The notes beneath the pieces are model-generated. The model was given only the letters and a program-made list of their open reading frames with translations. It did no database searches and was not told the DNA's origin. Made by a program: the position numbers and the translations under genes. DNA of 64,000 nt from Pseudomonas phage BRkr. The DNA is taken from sequence record LC765218.1; one strand, given 5' to 3'. Position 1 is the first letter of the stretch. Every line of letters begins with the position of its first letter. Shown in pieces: positions 20,501 through 31,634 of this stretch.

Positions 20501-23500
20501 TGACCAGATTAATTCGATGCAAGACATCAAAGGTGATGTACTTGATAAGAATGGATCTATCATTGCAACTGCTAAGGAACTAGCTTCTGGTCTATGGTCG
20601 CGTGCTACTCGTAAACGTTGGCGTCTTACTAAGACAGGTCGGCGTCTAGCAAATGTAGCGGGTTGGGGTGCCAAGTTCATGGCAACGAATACATCTACCT
20701 TAGCGTGGAACGCACTGAAGTTTGGTGCTAAGACAGCGATCGGTATGGGTTCGGCCCTATTCAACTTCGCGATTGAAACTCAGAATGCTTATTTACCTGG
20801 TGATGATGTACCTGTACTCGAACGAAGACTAGTTAATGCTGGTAAGTACTTCGATGATAAAGGTCGCGTAATTGAAAACTTTGGCGATGTGTATGGCACG
20901 ATCTTTAACGAGAGAGGCGAACCTGTAATAGAACCATCTCTGTATAAAGACCTTAAGAACTACGACGGTACCAAACATATATTAGCTAAGAATAAAGGTA
21001 TCATCCGTAAGACTGTATGGCGTGGTATTCGCGCTGCTCGTTCGAAGTATATCGATGCTTCCATGAAGTACATGGGTTGGGCATTGAAGAAGACGGGTAA
21101 GTTCTATGGTGGTGCAGCTAAGAAAGTGTTTGGTGGTTTCGCTAAAGCGGGTGGTAACGTTCTTGGACGTATCTTTGAACGAGTACCATACGAAGACTTC
21201 GAAACAACTGATCAAGTACTATTGGGTCGCATTCTTGAAACTCTTCAAGCACAAGTTCCAGAAAAGCTCCGAGCTGGTAGTTGGCAGGATAAAGCAGAAA
21301 AGGCCAAAGAAGGCGCTGCTGGCTTGATGGATAAATTGAAGGGGAAAGGAGATGGGGATACTGATAAAGCTGAAAATAAAGTCCTGAAGGGGTTATCCGA
21401 TGGACTGAAAGGTATCTTCAGTAAACTTACCGGTACCGAAGGTGAAGAAGGCTCTGGTGCGTTCGACGTGCTTATGGGCGGTGGTATGAAAGGTGGCGCT
21501 AAAGGTCGTTTAATGGGCCTTGCTAAACGCGCAGTTCCTTGGCTCCTTGGAGGTACCGCTGCTGCTGTAGGTACAGGCGCCATGGCGTATGGTTATAGTA
21601 AAGATGGAATGGATGCAAAGCAGACAGGTATCCTGACTGCGATGAGTCTTAATTCACTTGGACAATTAACTGCACGTTATATCCTGAAACCTATCTTTGG
21701 TCAAATGAATGATCAGAGGGCAGAGTTCCGTCGTCTTCGGATGCTGCAATACGGTATCACTGATCATGATCAGCAACAGAAAGTCTCTGCGCTTGAAGAT
21801 GCTTTTGATCGCGTAACTGAACGGACAGAAGAACCTGACTTTAATATCAGTGGAGTTGGTGGTAAGGCTATTCTTGACATTCTTGGCATTGACGTTAAGA
21901 ATGAAGTCCAAGTAATGCGGATGTCTCGCTGGTTGGAAATGCGTTTCCGTCCTGTCTTCCTGACTTGGGTTAAGGCATTAGCTAAACTCAAGAAGAATGA
22001 AGTTAAACTCGTTGATATCGATAGTAAGTTCCCACAAGAACTGAAAGGACCATTAGTTAAAGCTGTTAAGATTTCTGTATCTGGTGATACACCGATGCAG
22101 TATCGTGTCGATCCATTCTCTGAAGAAGGTGAATTGGAAGATACCATCCCAGCAGCCGATCAACTATGGAAAGCTCTATACGTTCGCTATAAAGCGGGTG
22201 AGAAGAAAGAAGATGCTGTACCGGCTACAGCGGCTAATACCGAAGTAGCTACTAAAGCTCAGGATATCGCCAAGAAAGCGGCAGATACTGCAACTGGTAA
22301 AACTACACCGAGTCCAATGGATCCTACTAAATCAGCAATGCCTTTGGCTGCTGCTAAGAAAGCTTTCCCTGGTCTAGGTGGTTCAACTGGTGCACCCATA
22401 GTCGCAACCTCGGCAGCTACCACTAAACTAACTGCACTCCAATCCATCCGGATGCGTGCTTACGGTTTAGAAGTACTGAGTTTCTACAATGTCTATCCTC
22501 TTCTAAATGCTGAGGCAATGGTATTTGATGGTCTATCTATTCAGGGTGGTATTCCTGAATTCCGTGGTGACCTAGAATCTATCATGCAAGAAACAGCACC
22601 GCTGTTTGGTAAGGATATCGTTGGTAGTGACGAAGATCGTTCGGCTTACTACGATTGGTTCGTTGGTCGATTCATGCCTGTTGCTCGTGCTTACTACGGA
22701 GCAATGCGTAGTTCGACTCAAGGAACAACCATTGCGAACATGGAATCTAAACTTAAACCCAGCGATGCCGTTATCGTGGGTAATGCTGTACTGGGCGTCA
22801 CTGATTTTGATGGCTCTAGCGTATGGCAGGTTGATTCCATTTTCCCAATTAAGGGAAGTAAAGACGATCTCAAGAAAATGGCTGAAGCTGATTTGGAACA
22901 ACTGAAGAAAGATGCAAGCAAAGACATCATGTCTACGCCGACTCAATCTGCTGGTGACCAAGCAGCTGGAACACAAAGTGCAGCCGCAGGTGGCAGCTTT
23001 GCCGAGAGGGCAATGGCTTCTATCTCGAATACTTGGGAGTCTACTAAAGAAACAGTGAGTAATGCATGGAATAATACCAAGGCAGCTGGCGCTAAAGCAA
23101 TGGACTACATGTCCGACGCTACAGCGACTGCGCAATACAAGCTTGGTATGGCTGGTGAGGTATCTGCAACAGGTCGTACATACGGAACTCTGACGAAGGG
23201 TAACGGTGGCGCTTGGGAACAGATTCCATATCCGAAAGCTAACAAGTCTCGTCAAGCTGCTGCTGAAACATTCCAAGCAGTTGCTGCGATGGTCGGTATT
23301 CCTGTAGAACTGCTGTTCATCTTTGCATCACTTGAGTCTGGTTTTGATTATACTGTCAAAGCTAAGACATCGTCTGCAACCGGATGGTTCCAGTTTATCA
23401 ATAGTACCTGGGACGCAATGTTGGCGAAACATGGCTCCAAGTTCGGTATACCTCCAGACGACGCCCAGCGTAGTTTACGTGTTGATCCACGTATCAACGC

Positions 23501-24362
23501 CTTAATGGGTGCATGCTTCCTTAAAGATAACTACACTTACCTCAAAGATGCATTAGGTCGTGATCCTACGGACGTTGACCTATATATCGCACACTTCATG
23601 GGTCCAGGTGGTGCTCGTAAGTTCTTGACTCGTAATCAGGATACTATCGGCGCATCTGTTTTCCCAGAAGCCGCATCTGCTAACCGACCTATCTTCTACA
23701 AGAAAGGTGGACAACCCCGTACACTCGGGGAAATCTATCAAATGTTCGAAGAGAAGATCGCGAAGCATCGCGGTGGGGCTGAAGGTAGCTCTGTAGCTAC
23801 ACAGGAAGCTGGTAAGACAATGACCACTGATGAGGCAACAGAAGAACAAGCTAAGGCTAATGCCAAAACATCTGCTGCTGAACTATGGAATACTGATGAT
23901 AGTAACAATGCAGGCAATGCAGCTGTTGCTCGCGAAGAAGCTTACAGTGCCACTGGTACTGCTGCCCAAACGCCGGTACTTCCAGGTATTACCCCAATGA
24001 ACCCTGTGGGTGGGACAACTACTAGCGGTGCTAATCCATCTGCTGATAGTGGCGGTAATGTGGTCCAAGCTCAACAAGAAGCAGCTCTTCAAGCAGCACA
24101 GCAGTATAATTCGACTCGTCAAGCTGAAGTACGTCGTAATAACGAGAAGGCTCAACAGATCGATGATATCCAAGCTGAGCAGCTTAAGACGTTAATTGAG
24201 ATGCGTGATCATCTCAAGCGTTTGGTACAATTGAACGAACAAAAGGACAGTGGTACCAAAGAAGCTTCGAAAACCCAAGCCGGAGGAAATAATAGTATGA
24301 CCTCCACGTTAATGAGATCGACCTCGGCTCAAAATCGACCGTCGCCGCTCACGCTAACTTAA
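17592..24362 (+). CDS. giant virion protein (~2256 aa) with a C-terminal lytic transglycosylase (SLT) domain; phiKZ gp181-like
   Basis: GGAG SD before ATG 17592; SLT motif [38 protein letters not shown]...[14 protein letters not shown] at ~23290-23700; Gly/Ala-rich and coiled-coil segments. Confidence 0.8.
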   Translation: MATKKTKLPKPAGMNAQNRIGVLDLNELDDLFDDVGETTKPGDPVTDFKSGLKEGFLGGLKTKDIVRNFLRSAAPDGFARLFGAYDDVMASVTDIKDTVERVNASDLDYLGRKAQDYLPQLKDRIPNALYENISDTLTRKVEQYQYEVDSQRDQIAIRRRRQENDDANVIKAALDQNTLVSRENFQRSEQGAVARAAVERAERGIRDKVSAGRFDFMSRSMGMAVDSLTRLVGYNEQVNYGIQRKGLELQFRTYMGIRDLVKVQEANLELQNKAYEALVRNTGLPDYKKGNVGDLTSFGSGRGRGNMLGRLAGGAAQGLHGFLGSYGNKVNERVASGLGGRLSEIVAGLRMGDMAGSSVWDNRYKFAGQIAGEYGADILKSSIVPWAGRKVRPTMEKLSNRFGGRHHQVGYALDNVPAYLQEFVNNYQNTYGFRGVIRDAIMPFVPQYHMNDRLENGNYQTIDQGTAFNQLTQRSIVEVIPGYLSRQLQELRMIRTGRDDIEREVFDITTGRFEVQSLSDDRLQKKIIPAAAIRSASGAINDTLNLMDEEGKLSPAARKALGERMLRDASTNRRFDPEAYLKSGGYMDGLDATTTDEIQRFFKSKFQYDDKGKMADNADNHRLRDEYSRAFLDIRSVSRDPVKEVHRLINAGQTEPLRMLGIIITEQGQDRINYNRIWEIMRSGVTDTNPWVNGDYQPEASGDMNDKNFFGPAYPGAAKANALNAMHRFRNKHAPQEDRIKKELSRYSRIAQGKFQYLNNKHGAGIHDFANNMRNGQFGPYVAGLQGAWNDASVMGQDLYSKTRAKFGEHMDQFQNDPTQYAIGQKDKIIDVFTKFNPNEPIIKGIDFVQGNLVDFNTKKIIESVHDITGKVVSTTGMTVLTASEVAQGLFDKKGMRLELPAFMSNAADKIRGALMGGQTPPAQQFAEGENAQQKQAAEDDKHDWYLDGEQEPTISARGLKNGEYFNADGDQINSMQDIKGDVLDKNGSIIATAKELASGLWSRATRKRWRLTKTGRRLANVAGWGAKFMATNTSTLAWNALKFGAKTAIGMGSALFNFAIETQNAYLPGDDVPVLERRLVNAGKYFDDKGRVIENFGDVYGTIFNERGEPVIEPSLYKDLKNYDGTKHILAKNKGIIRKTVWRGIRAARSKYIDASMKYMGWALKKTGKFYGGAAKKVFGGFAKAGGNVLGRIFERVPYEDFETTDQVLLGRILETLQAQVPEKLRAGSWQDKAEKAKEGAAGLMDKLKGKGDGDTDKAENKVLKGLSDGLKGIFSKLTGTEGEEGSGAFDVLMGGGMKGGAKGRLMGLAKRAVPWLLGGTAAAVGTGAMAYGYSKDGMDAKQTGILTAMSLNSLGQLTARYILKPIFGQMNDQRAEFRRLRMLQYGITDHDQQQKVSALEDAFDRVTERTEEPDFNISGVGGKAILDILGIDVKNEVQVMRMSRWLEMRFRPVFLTWVKALAKLKKNEVKLVDIDSKFPQELKGPLVKAVKISVSGDTPMQYRVDPFSEEGELEDTIPAADQLWKALYVRYKAGEKKEDAVPATAANTEVATKAQDIAKKAADTATGKTTPSPMDPTKSAMPLAAAKKAFPGLGGSTGAPIVATSAATTKLTALQSIRMRAYGLEVLSFYNVYPLLNAEAMVFDGLSIQGGIPEFRGDLESIMQETAPLFGKDIVGSDEDRSAYYDWFVGRFMPVARAYYGAMRSSTQGTTIANMESKLKPSDAVIVGNAVLGVTDFDGSSVWQVDSIFPIKGSKDDLKKMAEADLEQLKKDASKDIMSTPTQSAGDQAAGTQSAAAGGSFAERAMASISNTWESTKETVSNAWNNTKAAGAKAMDYMSDATATAQYKLGMAGEVSATGRTYGTLTKGNGGAWEQIPYPKANKSRQAAAETFQAVAAMVGIPVELLFIFASLESGFDYTVKAKTSSATGWFQFINSTWDAMLAKHGSKFGIPPDDAQRSLRVDPRINALMGACFLKDNYTYLKDALGRDPTDVDLYIAHFMGPGGARKFLTRNQDTIGASVFPEAASANRPIFYKKGGQPRTLGEIYQMFEEKIAKHRGGAEGSSVATQEAGKTMTTDEATEEQAKANAKTSAAELWNTDDSNNAGNAAVAREEAYSATGTAAQTPVLPGITPMNPVGGTTTSGANPSADSGGNVVQAQQEAALQAAQQYNSTRQAEVRRNNEKAQQIDDIQAEQLKTLIEMRDHLKRLVQLNEQKDSGTKEASKTQAGGNNSMTSTLMRSTSAQNRPSPLTLT

Positions 24363-24370
24363 TCAATGGA

Positions 24371-24396
24371 GCCTCCCTTCGGGGAGGCTTTATTTT
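24371..24396 (+). terminator. terminator gcctccc-ttcg-gggaggc + TTTATTTTCC
   Basis: Immediately after the stop of the giant gene. Confidence 0.7.
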
Positions 24397-24417
24397 CCGT
24401 TAAGAAGGGAAATCAAA

Positions 24418-26394
24418 ATGGCAACAGATGTTAAGCCTATTTGGTTGCGCCAAGCTTTCTTATTGCCTATTAATGACAATAAGAACTCGTATGGTTCTCA
24501 GACCAAACGGCGTTATGCTAACTCGGCTGCTTTCAAATTTACAAATACGTCGCTGGGTGGTAGTTTTGCTATCAACCCTCTCCCACAATACACACGCTAT
24601 GCTGATATTCGCCAGCCTGGCCGAGGCCGCACCTACGAAGATCGTTTCTTAGGTATGGGTCGTTACTATTCAGAAGCACACGACGATACTAAACAAGAAG
24701 TCCATATGTCGTTTGGTGTTCCACGTTATTCAAGCTGGACCTCGTTCTTTACGAACTTCTATGATCGTTCGGCGGCGGGCCTAGCTAATACTGGTGTTAC
24801 ATCTGACCTTTGGTATAACTTAGGTAACGTGACTGGTTATTTCATCACTCTACCGCTACAACCATTTATTCTTGGGGTAACTGGCGTATCTCGTGTTATT
24901 AGTTTCTTGACTAAATCACAACCATCGAAGTGGTTCTATTTTAAACCGACTATGCATGCATACTGGTCGTCTGTGAATACGCTAGCTAACGAGTTCGCTA
25001 TCGCTATGGGCATGGTCCCGCGTATTCTCGATGATTCTCAACGTCCTCTAGAAGACCCAGGCCATCGAGTAGGATTAGATGATGTTAAACGTATGCACGA
25101 AATCTTCCCAGGTTTCTTCCGCCCAGATGGCGGCGTCGATGTAATGTCTTTGGCTGGACGTACGCAACGTATGTCTGACCAAGCTCAAAAATCAATGCGT
25201 GCAATGGCAGAGAAGGCGCGTACCCTTGCCGAACTTCGGGCTGGTATTGAATCTGAAATGGCCAAAGCTGTAACAGACCCTAAACCAGGCGCTGACGCAC
25301 GTGACTATTTCTTGAAGTATCTGGAAGCTGATAAGAAACCATCCGAAAAGAATGGTGTTATTGATACCGAGAGTTTTAGCAGTTGGGGTGAATTGAAGAA
25401 CGTATATGACTTCGTTGTAGGCGCACAGCGCGACGGTTCTCAGTTCGTTACATTCCGTGTTGACTATAATGGTGAAGTATCTGAATCCTTTACTAACACT
25501 ACACGAGATGTAGGTGTTGTACAAACACTTAATACGAAGGTAGGGGAAGGTCGAGCTGCATCGTTTGACTTCATGGGTGGTAACATCACGGAAGGCGTTG
25601 GTGCGGTTACAGACATGCTTAAAGGATTTATTTCCGGAGCACTAGACTCTGTTAACTTATCTGGACTTGAGACATTAGCAGGCGCGGCTTTCGTAGATGC
25701 ACCAGAGTACTGGGAATCAGCGATGGCTTCTTTACCATCTGCTTCGTATACTGTTCAATTGATCTCCCCTTATGGAAATAAAATATCCAGGTTCATGAAC
25801 ATATACGTACCACTAGCCATGATTCTCCCAATGGGATTACCAAGGTCAGCTGGTCGAAGTGCTTACACCTCTCCGTTCATCTGTCAAATTTTCCATAAAG
25901 GTCGAGTACAGAGACAACTGGGGATCGTGGATAGCATTCAGATCCGTCGCGGTGTCGGTAACGTTGGTTGGAACGCTGAACACGAAATGCTTGGTTGTGA
26001 AGTAACCTTCAGTGTTAAAGATCTATCTAAGCTAATGCATATCCCACTGAAGGCTGGCTTTGCTAGTCCGAGTTGGTTGGGTACTGCTGGTCGTGCTATT
26101 TCGGCTACAGCCGGTGAAGCCGTTGCAGGTGATGGTGGTATTGCTACTGCGCTAGCTCTTACTGATGGAGCGGTGTGGGATGAACAAAGTCTGTTCCAAG
26201 ATTACGTGTCGACTCTAACGTCACAATCCTGGGCAGATTTCTATTACGCTGGTAAACGTTTGAATCTTAACCTGACTCGTGCAGTTCAAAGCTTCAAGTC
26301 TTGGCGTAGTCCTTCGAACCTAATGTCTTGGGTTCTCGATGGTGAGGTCGCCCGTACGGTCTCTGCCTTCGCTCAAACTTCTGATCGCTTTTAA
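24418..26394 (+). CDS. large conserved hypothetical protein (658 aa), likely virion or early structural
   Basis: AAGGGA SD; long ORF directly downstream of the gp181-like gene. Confidence 0.6.
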   Translation: MATDVKPIWLRQAFLLPINDNKNSYGSQTKRRYANSAAFKFTNTSLGGSFAINPLPQYTRYADIRQPGRGRTYEDRFLGMGRYYSEAHDDTKQEVHMSFGVPRYSSWTSFFTNFYDRSAAGLANTGVTSDLWYNLGNVTGYFITLPLQPFILGVTGVSRVISFLTKSQPSKWFYFKPTMHAYWSSVNTLANEFAIAMGMVPRILDDSQRPLEDPGHRVGLDDVKRMHEIFPGFFRPDGGVDVMSLAGRTQRMSDQAQKSMRAMAEKARTLAELRAGIESEMAKAVTDPKPGADARDYFLKYLEADKKPSEKNGVIDTESFSSWGELKNVYDFVVGAQRDGSQFVTFRVDYNGEVSESFTNTTRDVGVVQTLNTKVGEGRAASFDFMGGNITEGVGAVTDMLKGFISGALDSVNLSGLETLAGAAFVDAPEYWESAMASLPSASYTVQLISPYGNKISRFMNIYVPLAMILPMGLPRSAGRSAYTSPFICQIFHKGRVQRQLGIVDSIQIRRGVGNVGWNAEHEMLGCEVTFSVKDLSKLMHIPLKAGFASPSWLGTAGRAISATAGEAVAGDGGIATALALTDGAVWDEQSLFQDYVSTLTSQSWADFYYAGKRLNLNLTRAVQSFKSWRSPSNLMSWVLDGEVARTVSAFAQTSDRF

Positions 26395-26410
26395 TATAGG
26401 AAACGCAATA

Positions 26411-26881
26411 ATGTCTATCGTTCGCAAAATCGCTCTGAAACTCCTTGGTGTTGAATCCGTACCGGAACTGGCTCGCTCTGAGATCAAAGGTAATGACCTG
26501 GCTCAACTCGCGTCGACTCTTCCGGTAGATACTCTGACCAATCTGCTGGTTGGTAAGTCCGGTGTTCGTAACTTCGCCGAACTGGCTTCTGGTTATCTGG
26601 AAGCTGAACAGTACCGTGGTCAGAACCTGGAAGCTGAGCTTCGTAAACTTGTTCGCAAATATACTGCTGGTGCTCGTATCAATTCTTCCATTGAGAACAT
26701 CGCAGTCAATGCACTGATCGGTGGTGTAGCCGAAGTAGAGAACAGCAAAGAACGTAATATTCTGAAGCGTAAGGCTGCTGCCATGGTCGCTATTCGTGCA
26801 CAGATGCCGGGTATCGCTAAGGCTGATGGTAACTACGCTGTAGAACTGCTTCTGCAAATTGTTAAAGTCCGCTACTCTTAA
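26411..26881 (+). CDS. hypothetical alpha-helical protein (156 aa), strongly codon-optimised
   Basis: ATG 26411; CTG/CGT/GGT/ATC bias; internal M of table ORF 26339. Confidence 0.6.
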   Translation: MSIVRKIALKLLGVESVPELARSEIKGNDLAQLASTLPVDTLTNLLVGKSGVRNFAELASGYLEAEQYRGQNLEAELRKLVRKYTAGARINSSIENIAVNALIGGVAEVENSKERNILKRKAAAMVAIRAQMPGIAKADGNYAVELLLQIVKVRYS

Positions 26882-26890
26882 GGTGAACTG

Positions 26891-27472
26891 ATGAAAGGTC
26901 TGGACTGGGCTCTTAGTGTAGAGAGCCAAGATGGTGTCGCCCAACCGGTAGATGCTAGTAATGTCGAATCTGAAACTGAGGTTAAAGATCTCGACCAAGG
27001 TAATCTGGATGTGGATAATGCTAATGCTGAATCCCAACCGGACGATGTTAAGGCTAGTACTACGGTAGATATCTCCGTTGAACAACTAGAAGATGGTCAG
27101 GTATCCGGTAGTTCCGGTGGTAAGACTATTGATGCCTATGGTGTCGATGAAATGTCTGGCGCACCAAAACGTATTGTGATCTCTGGTTTCGATGCATCTA
27201 CAAACAAAGCTGCTGAACCGAGTGATAATAAACTCGAACTGGTTATCCTGCTTCAAAACGGAGTAATCCCTGAAGTTGGTATTAACGGGGTAACTGTTGA
27301 AGATCTGCTGACTGCTTCGATCATTGTATTCGAAGGTTTCCAATCGGGTAAGTTTGCCTGTGAAGAAAATGCCAAAGCACTGTTCCATATGAACGCTGCT
27401 CGTGAACTGATTCGTGCTCGATTGGAGCGCCGTCAAGCACAAGGCACTGAAGGTACCTACGAAGGTAACTGA
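26891..27472 (+). CDS. hypothetical acidic protein (193 aa)
   Basis: ATG; terminator at 27480. Confidence 0.5.
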   Translation: MKGLDWALSVESQDGVAQPVDASNVESETEVKDLDQGNLDVDNANAESQPDDVKASTTVDISVEQLEDGQVSGSSGGKTIDAYGVDEMSGAPKRIVISGFDASTNKAAEPSDNKLELVILLQNGVIPEVGINGVTVEDLLTASIIVFEGFQSGKFACEENAKALFHMNAARELIRARLERRQAQGTEGTYEGN

Positions 27473-27479
27473 TATAAAC

Positions 27480-27510
27480 GCCTCCCTTCGGGGAGGCTTT
27501 ATGTTCCATT
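27480..27510 (+). terminator. terminator gcctccc-ttcg-gggaggc + TTTATGTTCC
   Basis: Canonical. Confidence 0.7.
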
Positions 27511-27523
27511 AAAAATAATTTCA

Positions 27524-27538
27524 AATCTATATCACAGG
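27524..27538 (+). promoter_or_regulatory. promoter-motif variant AAATCTATATCACAGG
   Basis: TATATCAC variant of the TATATTAC core, upstream of 27656. Confidence 0.35.
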
Positions 27539-27655
27539 TATGCATTAGAGATTAACATCTTGAGGGTATTACCATGTAACAGCTAACAGATTATTCATTT
27601 GTGAAAACGATACCATGAACAACAAGTTAATTCCTTTAACAGAAGGTAATAAAAA

Positions 27656-28150
27656 ATGAAAGAACAGAACATCGACCACAATAAACCTTATACTTACGTG
27701 GTCAGTGATACTGAAGGCAATACGCGTGTACATACTACCATGGGTAGCACCCTGAAAGAACAGATCGACCATGCTGTCGGTACGGGTGGTAAAGCCAAGG
27801 TAGAACATATCGAGGAAGGCATCCGCAATATGCCTCATTCGTCCGAGTCTACTCGTCTCCTTCGTGCAACTATTCCAGGTTTCTACAAGATGCTTGAAGG
27901 CATCATGTCCAAAATCGGTAAGGCCCTTGCTGAGCCCGATAACTGGGAAACTGGTAACAATGGTCGACTGGTTTTCCATATCGAGACTCTATTTGGAGCC
28001 GATAAGAAATTCTGGCCGTTGATTACCCAGAGTGTTTACGAACGTCTGCAATACGACGGTTACGTTGGTGTAGATGTGGAGATAATGGAAAAAGAAAATC
28101 AACCGGTCAAGTTGATTACTCGTTTCGGTATTCCGGCGCGTATGACCTAA
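27656..28150 (+). CDS. hypothetical protein (164 aa)
   Basis: AAGGTAATAAAAAATG. Confidence 0.5.
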   Translation: MKEQNIDHNKPYTYVVSDTEGNTRVHTTMGSTLKEQIDHAVGTGGKAKVEHIEEGIRNMPHSSESTRLLRATIPGFYKMLEGIMSKIGKALAEPDNWETGNNGRLVFHIETLFGADKKFWPLITQSVYERLQYDGYVGVDVEIMEKENQPVKLITRFGIPARMT

Positions 28151-28159
28151 GGAATCGTT

Positions 28160-28360
28160 ATGGCTCTCTCTGATTGCTCCTGCTGTTGGGAAACTCCTTG
28201 TCGTGCTGGTGGAGCTAAGTTCGATGAATCGGACATGCGTATGATGCCTCTACCTCGACTTGGAGAACTGGTTGCAATGTCCAGGCGTATCTTCGATGAG
28301 CGTAATACGATGGCTTCTCTTACAGCCTCTCATGATCGTAAGGAACTTACAGCAGAGTAG
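28160..28360 (+). CDS. small hypothetical protein (66 aa, Cys-containing)
   Basis: GGAATCGTTATG. Confidence 0.35.
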   Translation: MALSDCSCCWETPCRAGGAKFDESDMRMMPLPRLGELVAMSRRIFDERNTMASLTASHDRKELTAE

Positions 28361-28424
28361 GTTGTTCCGAACCGCACCTCAAAATCATAATTAACACATC
28401 AAACTTTCACAAGGAAATACTCAC

Positions 28425-28844
28425 ATGTCTAAAGATCTGAAGAGCTTTGCATTCATCGAAGAACACAAACTCCGCGAGAAGGTGATTCTCGGTGAAGCCA
28501 ATACCTTCGACATCCCGAACGATCTCTATGAATCGGTGGTTCTGGGTGGCGCCGGTATCAGCCTTGAGCAACTGAAGAAGAAAGAACGACTGGAAGGTGA
28601 ACTTCTGGCCGGTGTTACTCTTGTTGCTGGTGAACAAGCCGCAGCTCGCATGAAAGAAAATCCGGATCTTTCTGAGATCGGCTTTAACTACAATATGGGT
28701 ACCACCAACTCTCAGGTAGCTGGTATCTTTAGTCGTGATGGTAAAGACCATAGTGTTGTTACCGTATCGACCAAGACTAACTCGGCTGAGATGAAGCGTG
28801 TTTGCGCTCACATCAACCAGCTGTTCGAAGAAGTAAATACCTGA
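28425..28844 (+). CDS. hypothetical protein (139 aa), strongly codon-optimised
   Basis: CAAGGAAATACTCACATG; optimal-codon bias; terminator follows. Confidence 0.6.
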   Translation: MSKDLKSFAFIEEHKLREKVILGEANTFDIPNDLYESVVLGGAGISLEQLKKKERLEGELLAGVTLVAGEQAAARMKENPDLSEIGFNYNMGTTNSQVAGIFSRDGKDHSVVTVSTKTNSAEMKRVCAHINQLFEEVNT

Positions 28845-28850
28845 TCGAAT

Positions 28851-28880
28851 GGGGCTCTACGGAGCCCCTTTCCATCTAAT
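28851..28880 (+). terminator. terminator ggggctc-tac-ggagcccc + TTTCCATCTAATTAATTTTT
   Basis: 8-bp stem. Confidence 0.6.
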
Positions 28881-28908
28881 TAATTTTTATGTAAATACAG
28901 GAAACAAG

Positions 28909-29976
28909 ATGACCAAATCTGCTAGCCGTAATTTCATCGTACTGGAAGGCCCCGAGTTCTCCGGTAAATCGACGCTGCATCGTGCTCTTATTGAACGACT
29001 CAAAGCTGATGGTATCGACCACGTGGCTCTTCGTGAACCGGGTGGAACGGAAATGGCTGAAGAGATTCGCACTGTTCTATTGAAACATCGTGAAGAAAAG
29101 ATTGACCCAGTTTCAGATATTTTCCTGCATATGGCATATCGCCGACAGAATATCCAGAATATCGTCAAGCCATCTCTGAATGAAGGTAAATGGGTTGTAT
29201 CTGATCGCTTTGTTTTCTCTACTTGGTGCTTGAACGTAGCTCCTTATCTGGACACCAATCCGAATCTGGCAGATCTGTTCATGGGTGTAATGCCGCATGT
29301 TATCGGTGATGGTGTTCCTGAACCGCTGTGCTTCTATCTGGAAACTCCTGAGGAAGTACGGAAAGAACGTATGGTTAACAGTGGTCGTTCTCTGGATCGT
29401 TATGAAGATGACGAAGTTTACCAAACTCGTGTTAACAACGCATACGCTCAGATTAAGTTTAGTCCTTCGACTAAGGTAATTGACGGCACGGCTCCCATTG
29501 ATGAACAAGTTCAATTCATCATTGAAACTGTTCAAGCCCACGAAGCTCTGCGAGCTAAAGATGAGCTTGAAGAGAAAACCGAGAACAGCGGCCATCTTCC
29601 TCCGGAAACCATCCCTGGTGAAGAACACGATGAAAGCGGTGATGTTGTACAACAATCTTCTGTTGACGAAGAACCTGTTGAACCGGCTGTCTTTGATCTG
29701 GAAGTGGCACTGGAGCAATACGCTGAAACCCAAATTATCAAAGAGGTGATTTTGGGTCGAGAAGAACTCCTGCCGTATTACAAAGACCTGGCCAAGAAGA
29801 TTGTACGTAAGATCTTCGAAAAGACCAATGACGAGACTATCTTCCATCCAGCGCGTGTTGGTGAGTTGAACCGCGAAATCCATTCTCTGTTCCACTTCCA
29901 TGAACGTCTGCAAGACTGGAAAGATCTGATCAACAAAGACGAGCCGGTTGAACCTGAAACCGCTGTAGCAGAATAA
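28909..29976 (+). CDS. tmk: thymidylate kinase with a ~150-aa acidic C-terminal extension (355 aa)
   Basis: P-loop FIVLEGPEFSGKST...LREPGGT resembles E. coli Tmk IVIEGLEGAGKTT...TREPGGT; DR(F/H) and lid regions conserved. Confidence 0.75.
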   Translation: MTKSASRNFIVLEGPEFSGKSTLHRALIERLKADGIDHVALREPGGTEMAEEIRTVLLKHREEKIDPVSDIFLHMAYRRQNIQNIVKPSLNEGKWVVSDRFVFSTWCLNVAPYLDTNPNLADLFMGVMPHVIGDGVPEPLCFYLETPEEVRKERMVNSGRSLDRYEDDEVYQTRVNNAYAQIKFSPSTKVIDGTAPIDEQVQFIIETVQAHEALRAKDELEEKTENSGHLPPETIPGEEHDESGDVVQQSSVDEEPVEPAVFDLEVALEQYAETQIIKEVILGREELLPYYKDLAKKIVRKIFEKTNDETIFHPARVGELNREIHSLFHFHERLQDWKDLINKDEPVEPETAVAE

Positions 29977-29984
29977 AAGGAAAC

Positions 29985-30218
29985 ATGATGTCTGAGACTC
30001 TCTCTGTGAAACGTTACATCCAAGCATCGGAAATCGACGATACTCTGTCCGACTATATCGGTCGTACATTCATCGTTAAGCGCAACGGTATTACCACCGC
30101 TGTCACGTTGGATAAAGTTAAAACCAACAAGATCTATCTGAAACGCATGGGTGACCGTCAGGATGGTTTCTCCCTACCTCGTGCAGAGTTTGGTAAGTAC
30201 TACCAACTTGCTCCTTAA
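29985..30218 (+). CDS. small hypothetical protein (77 aa)
   Basis: AAAGGAAACATGATG. Confidence 0.4.
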   Translation: MMSETLSVKRYIQASEIDDTLSDYIGRTFIVKRNGITTAVTLDKVKTNKIYLKRMGDRQDGFSLPRAEFGKYYQLAP

Positions 30219-30230
30219 GTTGTAAACACA

Positions 30231-30262
30231 GGAGGCTCCTTCGGGAGCCTCTTTATGTTATC
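30231..30262 (+). terminator. terminator ggaggctcc-ttcg-ggagcctc + TTTATGTTATC
   Basis: Canonical. Confidence 0.7.
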
Positions 30263-30277
30263 AAGAGGAAACTTCAA

Positions 30278-30997
30278 ATGCGCTTTACCAAGATTATCGC
30301 CCTCTTTCTAATGTCATTTGCATGCATTGTGTTTGGCCAAGAAGTGAAAGACCCGCTGATATACGCACAAACACCTTTATTCTTTTCTACCTTCACTCCA
30401 AAAGTTGCACCTTGTTTCTTTAACAATGACTCACGCCATGGGGTGTGTGGATGGAAGACATGGCCAGATGAGATCACAGTAGCCGTTACGCGTCGCTCTA
30501 AACCTACTGAGGTCTACAGCTATGTAACTAATGGTAATGTAGAAGTAGTATGTATTGATGAATATTGTCGGGATGCATACGGACAACTCGTTGGTGTAGT
30601 ACGTGGACATTCGGGTACTACCTATTGGGAACTTCCTCGTGGTTATTACTTAACCATGGTTAATAACTCATTCACCGCTATTAAATTTGGTAATGGGTCA
30701 TTGAAACATGAGTTCCCAATTCGTGATCTTCTGCCTTCTAAATACAACGATAAGAAAGCAGATGGTGAAACTCTAGATTTACGTTTTACTGAAGCACTTT
30801 ACAATGTGTATTGTAATGTAGAGATGGAGCGTTGTAACTATCTTGGGAAAGAGTGGACTCTACTAGAGCTGGCTCAATTGGTTCCCTTTGTTAAGACTGC
30901 AACATGTGACGAGTATCTTTGTTACATCGATAACCGTAAATCTCAAGTAGCTGGTATCAACCCCGCGCGACGTGATATTTACGATGGCATCAAATAA
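30278..30997 (+). CDS. secreted cysteine-rich protein (239 aa; N-terminal signal peptide, 10 Cys)
   Basis: MRFTKIIALFLMSFACIVFGQEV signal-like N-terminus; GAGGAAACTTCAAATG. Confidence 0.55.
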   Translation: MRFTKIIALFLMSFACIVFGQEVKDPLIYAQTPLFFSTFTPKVAPCFFNNDSRHGVCGWKTWPDEITVAVTRRSKPTEVYSYVTNGNVEVVCIDEYCRDAYGQLVGVVRGHSGTTYWELPRGYYLTMVNNSFTAIKFGNGSLKHEFPIRDLLPSKYNDKKADGETLDLRFTEALYNVYCNVEMERCNYLGKEWTLLELAQLVPFVKTATCDEYLCYIDNRKSQVAGINPARRDIYDGIK

Positions 30998-31007
30998 CAA
31001 TATAAAT

Positions 31008-31047
31008 GGAGTCCCCAAGGGGACTCCAATACCTTCTTTCTTTTTTT
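31008..31047 (+). terminator. terminator ggagtcccc-aag-gggactcc + T-rich tract
   Basis: Canonical. Confidence 0.65.
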
Positions 31048-31084
31048 GCTCTCAATCCTATAATCCAGCATTCGAGATACGATC

Positions 31085-31567
31085 ATGGTTAAAGTAGTAG
31101 TCATCAAAGGTAGTCCCAAATTTGGGAAAATTGAACTATCTGAAAAGTATTACGCTGAGGTTACTTCTTTCCTGAAGGATCTCGGTTGTGAAGTTATTGT
31201 CCGCGATGTTAGTGAAATGTACGCATGGGAAGCTGATGTTAAACTATACGTAGCACACGGTCGCGCTTGTAGATTAGCAGCTGAACATAATGCTACTGCA
31301 TCCGATGTACCATTCTTAGAATTCGGTAGCTTAAATGGAATTATCCATCCGATTGATAAAGCTTGGCAAGAGGGTTCTCGTCAAGGTCTTCCACCAGATG
31401 AACATTTTGAATTTATTCCAGAACAGAAGGAAGTGCTCGGTCGTTTGGTACATGACTTAATGGCACCTACTCCAACTATTTCCGGTATACAAACATTGCG
31501 TAATCTGGAAGTACGTCGACAAGGGAGACGTCAGAATATCTCTGGTTTTAATGTTCGTCGCAGTTAA
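31085..31567 (+). CDS. hypothetical protein (160 aa); N-terminus MVKVVVIKGSPK is reminiscent of a flavodoxin-like fold (tentative)
   Basis: ATG; weak motif only. Confidence 0.45.
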   Translation: MVKVVVIKGSPKFGKIELSEKYYAEVTSFLKDLGCEVIVRDVSEMYAWEADVKLYVAHGRACRLAAEHNATASDVPFLEFGSLNGIIHPIDKAWQEGSRQGLPPDEHFEFIPEQKEVLGRLVHDLMAPTPTISGIQTLRNLEVRRQGRRQNISGFNVRRS

Positions 31568-31634
31568 ATACTTAAGTTGTAACCATATGTAGCAAAGACT
31601 ACAAAGCCTCATACCCACCGCCCGGAACATCACC

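Noticed and set aside
18388-24195. Many 60-230-aa minus-strand ORFs inside the giant gene (e.g. 20360-20764, 21245-21583, 22572-23276)
   Set aside because: They are antisense to a continuous 6.8-kb coding frame with a conserved domain. They have no SD and carry Ser/Arg/Cys-rich compositions typical of antisense artefacts.
24418-26394. Calling the 658-aa protein chimallin (phage-nucleus shell), and looking for a PhuZ tubulin
   Set aside because: No motif I can verify by eye. No GGGTGSG tubulin signature occurs anywhere in the window. It is left as hypothetical.
29113-30069. A 318-aa minus-strand ORF overlapping tmk
   Set aside because: It is antisense to a gene with clear Tmk motifs.
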